Source: the human T2T-CHM13v2.0 reference genome, Homo sapiens. From it: DNA of 64,000 bases. This document shows, piece after piece, positions 41,080 through 55,380 of this stretch. A program made the translations under genes and the position numbers. Location: the NCBI RefSeq assembly GCF_009914755.1, contig NC_060932.1. One strand, written 5' to 3'. Position 1 is the first letter of the stretch. Each line of letters begins with the position of its first letter. The notes below the pieces were generated by a model. That model was not told the origin of the DNA. It ran no database searches and worked only from the letters and a program-made list of their open reading frames with translations.

Positions 41080-42500
41080 CTGGATGGGCGAGCCGGGGGA
41101 GGAGTCCAGTGCCCAGGCTGTAACGGCTCTGTTAGTTCGGATAAATCGCACAGCCCTGGTCCCGGATCCCCAGTCTTCAAAGCCAGAGTGTCCGGTTACA
41201 TTTTATAAGTAGAAACTCAGATTCAAAGGACTCACAGAGATAATCTAGCCTTAACTGGAAGGCCCTTCATACATACTTTTGATATTTATATGCTTTATTT
41301 TCACAGGCACTATCTTCTGCCCGTCTTTTTGTAGGTCAGTGGTTTGAAGGACGGTGCCATGGTCATCCTTCCCAGCGCAGGGCCGGCGTGGCCCTGGGCG
41401 GCTGCATCATCCCCATGGAGGCTGCCCTGCCCGGGCTGTGCATGATCTCACAGGCGCGCTGCCAGGGGCTCTGCTGTCGCCAGCCCGGGCTCCGGGCGCT
41501 TGGGACAGCTCGCCGGACAGGACAGGGTGACTTGTAATTTACTCCCGCCTGTGTGCGTCTGTGGGGCGGTTTCTCAATCAGTGCAGGGCTTGCTGTACAA
41601 TTCCATGTTTAACTAGAGGCATCTGGTGCCTCTGCTGCTGTTTACTGAAACCCTTCGTTGCACTTCATAAAGCGGTTGGCCGGGGGCTGTTCTTCCTCAG
41701 GCGCCCAGCCCGCCCCGAGCTGGCTGGGATGAGGCTGTGGGAGCGAGGTCTGCAGGGCGGGCTCCGCGGGCCTGTTTGGACGGATGCAGATGCTCTAGCG
41801 GATTTGCTTCTACTTCAACCCCTGGGCTGTCTTAATGGGATTTGGGCCTCTTGGCCAATGCCAGTTCAGAGAACCATTAGACACTTCCTGGAATCTTTGC
41901 TTCACCAGGAACCGCTCCATGTTCTGTGCCGGGGCTCCTGCCGGCTCCCGGCAGGACTCGAGGTCCAGGCGAGGGGCCCTCCGTGTCTTCTTCCCCTTGG
42001 CGCCACGTGGGTCTTTTGCTAACAGAACACAGCCCCTTCCCAGCTGGGCGGTCCCCGCAGTCCAGGCTCCCCTCTCAGCCTGGGGATGCAGCCTCGCCAG
42101 GCGCTCCTTGCCACCCTTGCGAGGGACATGGGTTGCTTTCTCTTGCATTCCACCGCCCCCCTGCTCATTTGAGCACTTTGGAAACCCGCTGGTGGTGGCT
42201 AAGGCAGATGGAGGCAGGGCTGGAAGGGGAAGAAAAAGCCCAGGGAGTAACTAAGTGTCAAGGAACTCATTGTCTGCTCTCCACCTGTTGTTATTCTGGT
42301 CCCAATCAACCTGCTCGCCAGGCTGGAGCCAGCGGCCATCTGGAAACACTGCTCTGTTTATAAACTTGGCATGAAGCAGCACTCCCGGGCCCTGACCTCC
42401 CACACGAATCTGGAAACAATTAGAGCAAGATGATAGGCAGGCGGGGAGCGCTCCGGGGAGGGGAGGGAGGGGGCGCCACAGAGGGGGGCGAGCGGGAGCC
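41080..42500. promoter_or_regulatory. CpG-enriched GC-rich unique region (weak CpG island)
   Basis: Clusters of CpG at about 41080-41200, 41370-41570, 41670-41800, 41920-42120 and 42440-42500. Confidence 0.55.
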
Positions 42501-42962
42501 AGGGGTGGGAGGCCGGTGGGGGAGGAAGTTGGGATGGATTTGGGAGGAGCGGCGGTGAATGGGGATTGGGTGGTAGGGGGGCGAGGGAAGCCTGGGTCTG
42601 GGCTGGAGCTGAGGGACTGGGAAAGAGTCTGGGGATATCTGGGTCTGGGCGGGGTCCGGGTGGGAGCCAGGGATGGGGTGAGCCAGGGGGAAGGGTGGGG
42701 ATCCCCAGGACGGTGGTTTTGGGGGCCCTTGTGGGTCTGGGAGAGTCAGGGAGGAGTCTGGTGAGGTCTGGGCCCTGCTGGGAACTGGGGACGGCCAGCC
42801 CTCCTGGGGTGTGAGGACCAGGAGAGGGGCCTGGGCTGTTTGCTGAAGATGGTGTGATGGCAGCCAGGCTCCACACTCCCCTGCGGCCTCAGCCTCACAG
42901 GGTGCCCTTCCTGGGACCCCCTCAGGCAACAAAACATACGGGGTGGGGGGTAGGGGGAAGGA
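42440..42962 (+). repeat. G-rich low-complexity block with G-quadruplex-compatible runs
   Basis: ggggaggggagggaggggg (42455-42473), many GGG runs, recurrent g(g/a)gtctgg and gagccaggg motifs. Confidence 0.85.
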
Positions 42963-45900
42963 AGTCATTCCTGCCTGTGCCTTCGCTTTGAGCAGCGAGC
43001 AAGTGGACTCTGGTGAATGAAGTTCTCTCTCACCTTGTAAGGAATGCATTGTAGAGTTTCAAGTCATTTTATTAGTTTCAGAAACACATTCTTGAAGAGC
43101 ACTTTTTAACCAAAGGAAGTTTAAGCGTGTCCCGTTTTGCTGGAGAAAAGCTGAGATTCTTGGGCCATGGGGGGACATTCCTATACTTGCAGAGCGTACA
43201 ATCTAATCTGTGTAGACGCATGCCATGTTTCTGTGTCTGGGGAGCTGATTCAGGCTTTCAGAGTCCTGAGTATTTGTGAGATGAATGAGTCTCTTCCTCT
43301 TTTCTCAAGAAACAATCTCTTTCGCTCGCTTTTTTCCCTGCAGTTTTGAAATGTGATTCTTAGCTCCGAGTCGATGCTGTTTTCACGCTCAGCTGGGTTT
43401 CTAACTCCTGAAATATTAATCTGTGGGAGTTGCTGGCAAACCAATAATTGGCACCAATTAACAAGCTCCTCGTTGGCCAAATGATACTTGAAGAGGGAAG
43501 TTGACTGTGCAGGTCTTCTTGGCTCCTGGGGCTCAGGCCCGGCGGCCTCTCCCTGGCCTCTTGTCCTGCTTCAGATGCACAGAGCTGCTGATTTCAGCCG
43601 GGAACATTGGCCCCGAGTGCATCTGCTTAGATCTTTAAGAAGAATTAATCCGTGGAAAGCGGTGCCATCAACCGACACTCGTCCTCCCGCCCTTCCCTGC
43701 CCAGTCCTCGCCTGACTGGCCTCTTCCCTACATGCTGTTCTCCACGTTGCCTTCCCGTGAGCTTTCCTTTTTGCCTAAACACATTTTTCAGCTCCATGTT
43801 TCTGACAGACTGGTTACTAAAATCCAACCCAACAACGTGTAGGACGGCCAAGTGTATAATATGCATCAAGGTGAAAAAATAACCAGCAAGGCCTGCAGAG
43901 GTTTGGGGCACAGCCCACAGGGCACGGCAGTGGGAGCTGCACCTGGGTGGTGCTTGTTGCCCGGTGGCTGCAGCTCCGCACAGGGCTCATTGCTGTCCCT
44001 GGAGAGGCTGAGTCTGGTAAACCAATTTTTCCCTTTGAGTCTTGTTGCAAATGGATGCATTTGAACTGTAATATAAAGTATTGTGTTTATTTAACCCTGC
44101 AAACGGATCTCCTTTGTCTTTGTGAACTGGCTGGGCAGCTAAAGACCCACATTCCTTCCACAGTTAATAAAACTTCTTATTTTTCTCTGTGCTTATAACT
44201 TTAATTACACTCAGACTCATTTAGTCTACTTCAGTTTTTCAAACCACCTAAATTAAAAAAGAAACAGCCTCTCTCAATGTGCAACATAATCATCATCTTT
44301 AGATTAAAAGACACAAATTGAAAACGCATCTTGTCAGTTTTGTCTTCAAGGCGTCATCTTAAGTATTGTCCATTTTCAGACCTGGAGCTGGTAGAGATGT
44401 GAATGGACTGGGCTGTACTTCCACCTGAGAGAAAAGATTTATGCTTTAAAGGACTCCATTACTAAATTTCAAACTTATTAAAATAAAACAAAAAAGCGCC
44501 ATAAAACAAAAACCAAGCCAGATCTAGTTTACTTTATATAAGACTCTGTACATTCTCTCAGATATTCAGAATGTACTTGGGTTTGCATATGATCAGGAGC
44601 TGGAAACTGAGCTGCCTGGGTAAGGCCCCAGCCTCGACGCATCTCCCTCACAGTGGTTAACACAGTTTCCTTCTGTGCCTGTAGCTCCTCACGGGGTTTT
44701 CATGAACATTAACGGCATTTCTGTAAAGTGTTTTGCTCCTTCTGAGAGACGTAAATGCAAATATCAGCATCCAGGAGCTCCCTGAATCTCTGGGCAGCCA
44801 CCTTACAGACTGGAGTTTCATCCTTCAGCTAATGGCTGAAGTGTTGTCTAGTTTGGCCTTCTCTTGAATCTTCTCAAAACAACATCTATTCACATGGTGC
44901 TTAAAAATGATCTTTTGTGATTAAGAACACCACGGCCTACTCTTAGTTCAAAGCATTCATCTCCATTATCAGAGATTTGCTTTCTTCTCCTTCCCCATGG
45001 GCTCTCTTTAGGGAGCCCTTACGTTTTCCTCTCTGGACAGATTCATTGCTAACCGCTGCCTCCTCTGTTCCTATCTGTTTGCTACCTTTTGGGTTTTTCC
45101 TAATTTGATTGGTAAGATTAAATCTTTGCTCTCCCTCCATATACAAAAATTAAAAGTTGAAAACCAAAACTTCAAAGCAAAACAAAACCTAGATATTGTC
45201 TAGAGAATTATTTTTTTATTTGATTACTTCTTGAAATTTCATTTCTACATAATGTGTTGTTACAATAACATTTTGCTTCAATGTTTGGCCCAAGGAAGAC
45301 TTTACAAAATGATCGTCTTTGTGACTTTCTCATTGGGTAGTCAGTAGCTAATGGGGAACTATTTGCTGAATGGAAGAGCACAGCTTTTAGGTTTTCTCTC
45401 CTGGAGAATGGAGCTATAGAGGAAAGTAGCTTTGAGGTATTCTCTCTTTCCAGAAATGTGCAGCTATGTAGCTTGGATTAAAATTCTAAAATTCGTGACC
45501 TCGAACCCCCATCTAAAGACTGGACATTTTATCCCTGCTCCAATCTTGTTTCTGGGGAGATGTTGGAGGGAAGCAGAGTCAGGAGCATTTCCAGCCCCCT
45601 GGTGCTGCTGTGTGGACTCTACTGGCTGTTTGATGACCAGATCCTTTAATGGAGGATGATTTTTAAGGGAAATGTAGGACTAGGCCCTCTGTGGGTTAGT
45701 TCCAATGATTGCTCGCCTCTTTTTCAGAGGAGTGAGTAGTTCTTGGACCTTTGCAGTTGTTCACAGCAGTTCAGACTCCTGCAGCTACAGATAAGCAATG
45801 GATGAGACTGGGCTCAAGCCCACATAAGACTCGCATGTGGTGCTAGCGATGCTTGTGTGAGCATGGCGTGCTCCATTAGGGCTTCTGTAGGAAATGCTCC

Positions 45901-45964
45901 ATAAACCTGTGGTGCCATGGTGGAAGAGCTACGTAGGGAATGCCGAGAGGGCTGTCTGTGTGAC

Positions 45965-46096
45965 GGTCCCTCTGCCTGTCTGCCCTTCTAGATAACGTGC
46001 ATCATGTCTGCCTCCTTCGCCACTATACACCTGGTTCCTAGCATATTGGCTGGTGAATTGTAGGCATTCAGTAAAAATGTGCCGAATGAATGAATG
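45965..46096 (+). mobile_element. L2 3' end relic
   Basis: tgcctgtctgcccttctaga...cctagcatattggctgg...gtaggcattcagtaaaaatgtgccgaatgaatgaatg. Confidence 0.7.
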
Positions 46097-46515
46097 GCCG
46101 GCAATATTTTTTGCTTTGAGAAATTGAGAAATATAGCAAAAATATCAGAAAGTCCAAGTCTAAGCTGGAGGGATAGTAATCAAATAATGTTCTTTCTATC
46201 TCCTACTGTTCCGCTCGAAGGAGGCTTTGCCACGTAAACATATTTGTCATTATTACTATTATTGGGAAGCAGCATTATGCTGCTACTAGTGGTGATAATA
46301 GGAACTGGAATTTTGCAATGGGGGTGATACTTGCAGACATATTGTTATATCATCTTCATCTTGTGTCCTACAGACTTCTGGTTTTGGTTCTACTGGAAAA
46401 GGGCAGGTATCTACTGAACAACAAAGATTTCTCATTTTGAAATTCACATCCACTTATGGTTTGGCAACTTAATGTGCTGGAAAGCAAAACTTTGCAGAGA
46501 GAGAGAGGAGAGACA

Positions 46516-46556
46516 ACACACACACACACACACGCACGCACGCACACACAAACACA
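46516..46556. repeat. (CA)n microsatellite with CG interruptions
   Basis: acacacacacacacacacgcacgcacgcacaca. Confidence 0.9.
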
Positions 46557-46736
46557 TTTTCTAAATTCCTTAGCATATCAAGCATGGGCGATTCAGAGCA
46601 TAGAGTGTCACCCACCAGCATCAAGAAGATACCGCCATGGTGGTGCTGCTCCAAGGAAAAGGAGTGCATTGACTAAGAGGTCAGAGAGCCCAGGGCCCCA
46701 GTGCTTCTGGTACAGAGGTCTACCAAAAGAAGGTAG

Positions 46737-47052
<316 letters not shown>

Positions 47053-48027
47053 ATGCCAGTTCTTACTAAGAGCTTAAGGCCTACCTCAGGTACATTGCTT
47101 TAGAAACATTCAGATTAGCATGGGGAGCCTGGAGAACTCGAGGGCTGGAGGCCTCCCCATCTCTCAGGATATGAGGGCTGTGGCTCATGGGAGCCCCATT
47201 CATAGCCACCAGGACATGGGCCCTGTGCATACCTTTGGCCCATGGGCAACATCAGAAAGGCTGGTGAGTCCAAGTTATCCAAAGGGGAACGTTTGAAACA
47301 ACCCTGGTGGGGGCTGTGAGGACGCTGGACAATCACAATGCTGCTCACACCTTTCCTTCTTTTCTGGTTTGTAGAGGTAGGGAGTGACAAGGATTGTGGG
47401 CTTCCGAGGGCAGGGTATAGTCCCTGTCTTCAGGGACAGGTGCTCTAGCGTCTAACAAGCTGCCTGGAATGCAGGGGCCCCTCAAGTGAACAGGGGCACA
47501 TTGACTACTCCTGTAGCGATGCTCAATACAGCTTTGTTGAAATCAGAATGGTCCTGTCTATTCCAGATGTTCTCTTACTAAGGCTGTCCCCGACTGCACA
47601 GAAATACTGGACTGAACAGCAGGCTCACAGCAACCTTACTTATTGGGTGTATGCATGTATAGGTATTTCTATTCTGTTCTTCTGTATCCCTCTTTTACCA
47701 GGCCAATCATAGTTTATTTCTGTTTGGACGTCTGTGGAGTAGTGGCCACAATGGTACTTCTGTTTTTGTTTTTACTTTTTCATTTTTTTGCTTCTAAACT
47801 GTGCAAATTTTTCCGGTGTATCATCTCTACTGCTCTCACTTTGCGTTTTCTTTCTCTTTCAACCTCTGTTCTTTTATTTTGCCTTCCCCTCCCATTCTCT
47901 ACAAGGTGGTTATTCCAAGCAGTGATCTTAGCCGTGACTGCAGCTTGTTCAGGTTCCCATCCTAGCTCAGAGCTTCCACTCAGAGCCCACACCTCATTCC
48001 ACACACAGCACTCTGGCCACTGTCTCT

Positions 48028-48521
48028 CTGGGAGATGGATAGCAAAAATAACCCCAATTCTCCCTTCTTCCCTGCAAAGATATCCATACCATTTGCAATA
48101 TGACTTTGCAATTTTCCCATTTGAGGCTGATCTATTTCTCCAGTCTCTGGGGCTGCATAGTCTAGTGACTTGCTTTGGCCAATAGAATGTGATAGAATGT
48201 GCTGGTTCCAAGGCTAGTCCCCAAGAGGTCTTGCATGCATCCTGTCTTTATTTTGGAACTCTACCACTGCTATGAGAAGTGTCTGGGCTAACACTCTGGA
48301 GAATGAGTTTTTGTGGAGCCCAGCCACTCTCAACTGTCAAGCCCCAGCTGACCTACACAAAGTACCAACTCATGAATGAAGCTGGAGGACACCAGCTGAG
48401 CCCTTTCCAGATCAGTAGAGCTTCCTGGCCAATCCATAGCCCATGACAAACAGTACATCATTGATTTTTCAAATCACAACATTTTTGGTGTGGTTTGTTG
48501 GGCAGCAATAAAACTGATACA
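48028..48521 (+). mobile_element. MaLR solo LTR (MLT1G/H-like)
   Basis: gtgacttgctttggccaatagaatgtg; ccagctgagccc; 3' end ggtttgttgggcagcaataaaactgataca. Confidence 0.8.
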
Positions 48522-48575
48522 GTCAATAACCACCTTTTGTTGCTACATGGAAAGGATCTTTCTTATCAGTCCTTA

Positions 48576-48955
48576 TGGCAGAAATTGTAAAGGTTAACCA
48601 AAATCTGTTTCCTTTTCCATCACAGGCACACAGCTAGGTGATACTGCCTGTCTTGCTTGTGGCCATGTGACTGAGTTATGGCTAATGGGATATAGGTAGA
48701 AGGATGCATGCCATGTCTAGGTCCAGTCCATAAACGCCTCCATCTCTTAATCCCTTCCCCATATGCTGGCCCAGTGGAGAGGAGCTGGGGGAGGCCAAGC
48801 CACTGGATGGAAGATGCACGGTCCCTGAGTGACCATGTGGATGACTGCGACTCAGCAGGGATGTCTACAGAAGACTTTGTGCAAGTGAAAAGCAAGTTTT
48901 CATTGTGTCGAGTCACTGGTACTTTAAGGTTCATTATCACAGCCGGAGTTACTTA
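48576..48955 (+). mobile_element. MaLR solo LTR (MLT1J-like)
   Basis: tggccatgtgactgagttatggctaatgg; ggtccctgagtgaccatgtgga; ttttcattgtgtcgagtcactg. Confidence 0.75.
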
Positions 48956-51699
48956 CCATCACCACCCTTCTTCTCCCTCTTGGCCTCCCTGTGGCTGTGG
49001 GCAGTAGATATCTCCCTCCTTTATAACTCCTCTTCCCTTGGTTTCCTGGATGCCACACATCATGGTTTTCCCACACCTGTATCAATGGCTCCCACTACCT
49101 TGCAGATAAAGCCCAAGATTCTGAGCTTGGTTGAACTCTCTGCCCGTCGTTCTCACCACACACCTTCACACCCTGTGTGCTTCCCTAAACACACCATGCT
49201 CTCATTTACTCTGTGGGTTTACATTTGTTGTTCCCTCTGCTTGAAATACTGTTCCTACTGATGTATTGCTTGTTCTGAGAACACTGGGCCCTGAGATTGG
49301 GTTGCTCCCATGGGTTCTGATGGAATCCTGTGTTTGCGCCACCATGGGACTTGCTGTTGTAACACTTCTCCATCTCTTTCACCAGCTGACTGTGCAAGCT
49401 CTGAGTGGTTTCAGCCTGCTGGGCTCATGACTGCGTGCCTAATGCATAAACAAGTGCTTGTCACCTAGCCATACTAATCACCATTTGGTGAGTGCCTGAA
49501 TTAATGGGCTTTGTAGGACTGGGGAACCAACAGGGCATGGAGTCTAGAAATTGGACTTAAAGTTCAATAACTGCTAATGAATGAGGAAATCAACCAGAAA
49601 AAATGATGCTGCTTAACTTTCCTTGGAGATTATCTGTACTTGGTCCCCCTAACAATGACTAGACTGTTTGCAATTATAGGTACAGAATAGCCTTCTTTCA
49701 AATAGTATTTCCTTCTATCATCATTAGTGATGAAAATTGGCCAGGATTTATTTCACATATTACAATGCAGAATTTGATGTTGTTTTTATGTGAACATAAC
49801 TGCTCTCTAAAACCTCAAGCATTTTTCTCTATTAGAATTGGCAGAGGAGAGGTTATATAAACTTGTGGCCAGTTGAGAAGTTCCCAAAACATCACTATTG
49901 AAGTAGAGGGAACTGAGAGCATAGCATGGTGTGTGTGATTTACTCCTTTAGGATGGCTTAGACCCATGATTGCATCTGTTCTTGATTATGGCGCCGCTTT
50001 TAACCACAGAGATGACTCAGCACTGGAAGGTTAGCTGTGCTGCCCAAGGTCACACAGCAACATGGGTTTGATGGGGTATCCAAAAGCAGGGATAGCTGTT
50101 TTTCCCTAGGAGCCCACACTGACTCCCTGCCTCCAGCACATGGAATGAATCACAGAAAGCCTCTGTTGAGTCATGATGACAAACGTTGAAGTTGACGGCA
50201 TGTACCCATGAGGTCATATGGAGAATTCCCAAGGGGCACCCTAGCCCACGTTCACTATTGAACACAACGGAAGGGGGAATTATTGTGCTTCTTGCTTTGA
50301 TTCCCAAGCTGGTGTTGTCTGAGCCTGTCTGGCATGTGCTCTGCCTGCCCTGACTTCTGACCCCAGGAGGAGCATTCAAGGAGCCAAGGAATGGGTCCAG
50401 GCATTGTGCTAGTATCTAGCCATGGCAAGATGCTAGATCTAACCATGACGAGAGCAGCTAAGATCGGACTGTACCTGAGTGAGCCCATTGAATCCTCCAC
50501 CAGCACCACACGGGGTTTCTATTGTTTGTCTCAGCTGCAGGTGAGGAAGCTGAGCTGGAGAGGGCTTCAGTGGCTGGACCCAGGCTGTGTGGGCTTCAGA
50601 CTGGTCCCCAAAATGCATACCCTCCTCTCCTTACAGGGTACCTGTCATGAGGAGCTCTGCTCACTCTATGACACATTCATCCCAGGGGGTCTTTTCTATG
50701 GCCAGGGCTCCTTTCCACAAGTGCTGTGTCCTGCCTTCAAAACAAATCCTCTTTCATGTTCTCTTTCAGAGTCCCTTCCCCAGATATCTCTCTCCTAGCC
50801 TCTGACTATTTAAGCTTACTTTATAAGGACTACTTCTTATACCTGAAGTGAGGGCATATGAATTTGAATGTGCAAGGATGGAGAGTGAAATGATCCCATT
50901 GAGAGTAAATGAAGCATCCTTATATCCACAAAATATTTGTGTTTGTATGGAGCAGTTTGGCTGAGAAACCTACATTCTTTGCCGTTTATTTTTATGTTGA
51001 TTTGAATATGCCCATCACAGACAGCAAAGGATGGCCTCTGTGAATGTAGGCAGGAAGGGACTCTCCTCCAGGCGACATCCATCTCGTTATTTTGAGTGCA
51101 TGACCCTCTTATGACTCGACCCTTCCACACAGGCCGCTGTGCAAGACCTACCCCCATGCATCCTGTTCAGGGTCAGCGTCAGACCCTGCAGAATTTTCCT
51201 TCTATTTTTCAGCAACATAATATGAGACAAGGGCCAAGAACTGCAGAACTGTGCACGGTGTTTAGAAGAGGCTGCGAGCTGCTGCTCTGCAGAGTTGGGA
51301 GGTGCTTTCGGGCTCTGCAGGCTCCCTGCAGGCCCTTGCTGACTGTCCATGGCCTGCACCTGCCCTACCTGCTGAGCTGCCCCATCAGCTGCTCCTGGCT
51401 GTGGTTTCCTGAGGGGTCCCGTCTGCATCGGCTGCCCTGTGTCCTGACACTATGGTGGGTTTGCAAGTGGCAAAGTCCAGGGAAGGAGACTGGGGAGCAT
51501 GGCCATGGGTCATCCGGGGGGCACGGAGGGTTCCGGCTCCCGCCCAGGTCCACCTGCTTCATCAGCAGTGGTCACCAAGATTGCATAACCAGGACGATGA
51601 CAACGCTGAGAGCTCTGTTGCAGTTAAAGACTTAAGAACAACTTGTGCCTGCTGACTAATACATTTTATCACCCAGGCAGCGTCAGGACTCTGAGAGCC

Positions 51700-52060
51700 T
51701 CTCACATGCTGCTGTCATCTGAGCGAGACCTCAAGATTTGTCATCGAGCAGGCTGACCCTTGCCTGAATGGACCTCACATTCTTGAGGCAGGGAGAGATC
51801 TGCAATCAGCATGATCGATCAGCGATTTTCATAAGACGTTAGAAGTCATCAGAGCTTAGGAAACAGGGTGAGGAAGTAGGGGAGGAGCCGGAAGGGCCCC
51901 CATTTAAAACAAGGTGGCCAGGATAGGCCTCTCTGTAGGGGTGACATTGAAGAAATGGTGGGAGAGGGTGTGAGGTGCACATCTCTGAGGGCAGAGTGTT
52001 CTGGAGACAGGAAACCATCTGTGCAAAGGCCCTGTGGTGAGAGGGTGCTAGGAGCTAGCA
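51700..52060 (-). mobile_element. L2 relic
   Basis: ccttgcctgaatggacctcacattct...ggtggccaggataggcctctctg...gtgacattga...tgtgcaaaggccctgtgg. Confidence 0.7.
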
Positions 52061-52739
52061 AGCCCAGTCTACTCAACACAGCCATCATTTTAAAACCTCG
52101 GTGAGCCCTGTCCCTTATCTTCTGAACCCCCTCCCACAGAAGCGGATGTCACTGAGAGTGAAAGCTGCAGTGTAGGGTGGCCTCCTCTGCACACCGGCCC
52201 TGGCCCTCTGACCTCTTCTACCCCATGATGGTCCCCTGTCAGCTGGGTCTAGAGTGGACCGTCGGGGCAGACCTGGAAGGGGAAGGCTGTCAAGTTCCTG
52301 CTCCCCTGTGACATACAGCAACACATTTGTTTCCCCCTGGATTCTGGGGATCAGCAACATGTGCGGGTGGGGGCAGGGCAGTCCTGCTGCTCTGGGATGG
52401 GCTGCCCCCTCAGGGAGGACTGGCCAGCTGGGTGGCTCTGCTCCTGGAGAGTGACCGGCCATTTGCTGGGTGGATGGGGTGACTGTCCTGAGAGCTTGGC
52501 ACCACCAGAAGTGTAGTCCACGCAGCCCTTCACAGGTGGCTCAGGGTGCCCAGCGGGGCAAGAGGTGGCCCTCAAGCTAAGCTTGAGCTTAAGCCTAAGC
52601 CTAAGCTTGCCACGCTTGGGCTAGGATGCCAAGTCTCCATGCTGGCTGCTGGTCACAGCTCTGTCCCTGTGGGAGAAGACGACTGAAGCCTGGCCAGGCT
52701 GGGCCATCTCCCCAGCAGCCACCAGGGCTTGCTGTGAGA

Positions 52740-53115
52740 TGTGGGAGCCATGCTAGGGTCCTGCCCCGGGGATGTTGGTAGGCATGGTGGGAAGCAGTGC
52801 AATTATGGATATTTTCTGGAGATAATCATCAACAGGATTTGCTGATGGAATGGACCTGGAATACAAGAAGAAAAGGAATCAAGGATGGCTCTGAGGTTCG
52901 GGGCTTGAGCAACTTGGATGGGGGTGCTGCTGAGTCAGGTGGGAGGGGAGCAGGCTCAGGGGATGCGGACTCCATTTGAAGTGGCCGCGTTGGAGATGTC
53001 TGTGGACATCCACGTGAAATGCTGAGTGGCCAGCTGGACATGTGGATCTGGTGTCCAGGGGGAAGTTTGGGCTGCAGATACAGATTTCACCAGGACATAT
53101 TTTTAGTGATGCATA
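52740..53115 (-). mobile_element. L2 relic
   Basis: caacaggatttgctgatgga...ggaatcaaggatggctc...gacatccacgtgaaatgctgagtggccagctggac. Confidence 0.75.
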
Positions 53116-53728
53116 GACTGACCAGGCTCGAAAGAAGCACAGGGTGTGCAGCCCCATTCTGGTAAGCGTGTCTCTGCCTTTACTGAGGTGTCTCCACTGC
53201 ATCCTTGATTTAATGGAATTCAACTGAACCATCATTGAGCATCTGTTGTATACGATGTACTCTGGAGGCATAAAAACTATTGGGAGAAATGAGGAAGTAA
53301 ATAAGTAATATTGATATAATTCTTCTATTAATAAGAATCAATTTATCTGAAAACAAAAAGTCTCTTAAGCATTTGAATAAAATAGAAAGCCTTTATTAAC
53401 ATATGAAAATAAATCCATACCCATAAATAAAAATCTGCACACTCACGGGTGCTGACCAGTATATCCTAGCTCACCAGCACAGTGGGCTGGGTGTGGAGAA
53501 GGTGGGCATTCAGCTTTCACATCAGGCAGAGGGAGCCTTGGAGCGGAGGGTGCTGGCTCAGGACTGCTGGCCAAGCCCATGGTGGAGTCAGGCCGGCCTG
53601 CAGTTGGACACTCTTGACTGATTAAACATTAATAGGCAATTCTAACAAAAACAGAGAGGATGGCAACTCCATAGGAAGGAGGGCCACATGTGGGGGTGAA
53701 TTCCAAGTCAAACATTTTCCCCAAAGAA

Positions 53729-54731
<1,003 letters not shown>

Positions 54732-55094
54732 GGAAATAAAGATTTTAACTTGAAAATTGTATGAATAAAAGTTACTAGTTGGCAACCTCGACCATGAAAC
54801 TAAACTTCAGCATGGCTCACTTGGAGCCTGTGACTTTGAGAGCGCTGCCTCCTGCTTCTGCCTCCCTGCATGAACTGACTTAGTGAAAGACGCTATGGAA
54901 TATTACCCGTTTGAATGCTGGAGAATGCCTGACAAAGACCATTTAGCTTTGCCACCGTCAGCGTTCTTTCTAACTGCACCGAGCTGACACTGAGTCTTCA
55001 GTGTGCCTCTGCGAATAATACAATTATGCTACCAGCTGAGAAAATAGCTCCCATCTTTCTTTTGGCTTGGGCAGGATGACATGTGTTCATTGCA

Positions 55095-55380
55095 TTTTTT
55101 TTTTTGAGGTGGAATCTCGCTCTGTCACCAGACTGGAGTGCAGTAGTGCGACGTTGGCTCACTGCAACCTCTGCCTCCTGGGTTCAAGCTATTCTGCCTC
55201 AGCCTCCGAGTAACTGGGACTACAGGGGCACGCCACCACATCCAGCTAATTTTTGTATTTTTAGTAGAGACAGGGTTTCACCATGTTGGCCAGGATGGTC
55301 TCGATCTCTTGATCTCATGATCTACCTGCCTTGGCCTCCCAAAGTGCTGGGATTACAGGCATAAGCCACCATGCCCAGCC
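55095..55380 (-). mobile_element. AluSc-like
   Basis: ctgtcaccagactggag; ggatggtctcgatctcttg. Confidence 0.93.

Noticed and set aside
42358-43049. Proline-rich 172/209-aa minus-strand ORFs
   Set aside because: By-product of the G-rich low-complexity block, which has few stop codons.
45720-45737. ttttcAG-agga-GTGAGT 4-nt microexon
   Set aside because: Very short, frame-shifting, weak exonic donor context; likely chance.
47643-48211. 180-aa and 143-aa ORFs
   Set aside because: Run from T-rich sequence into an MLT1 LTR; no recognisable protein family or exon structure.
51096-51635. 179-aa ORF
   Set aside because: GC-rich chance ORF with no recognisable homology or splice context.
52593-52606. 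(GCCTAA)2 as a telomere-like insertion
   Set aside because: Only two units and not the vertebrate TTAGGG repeat.
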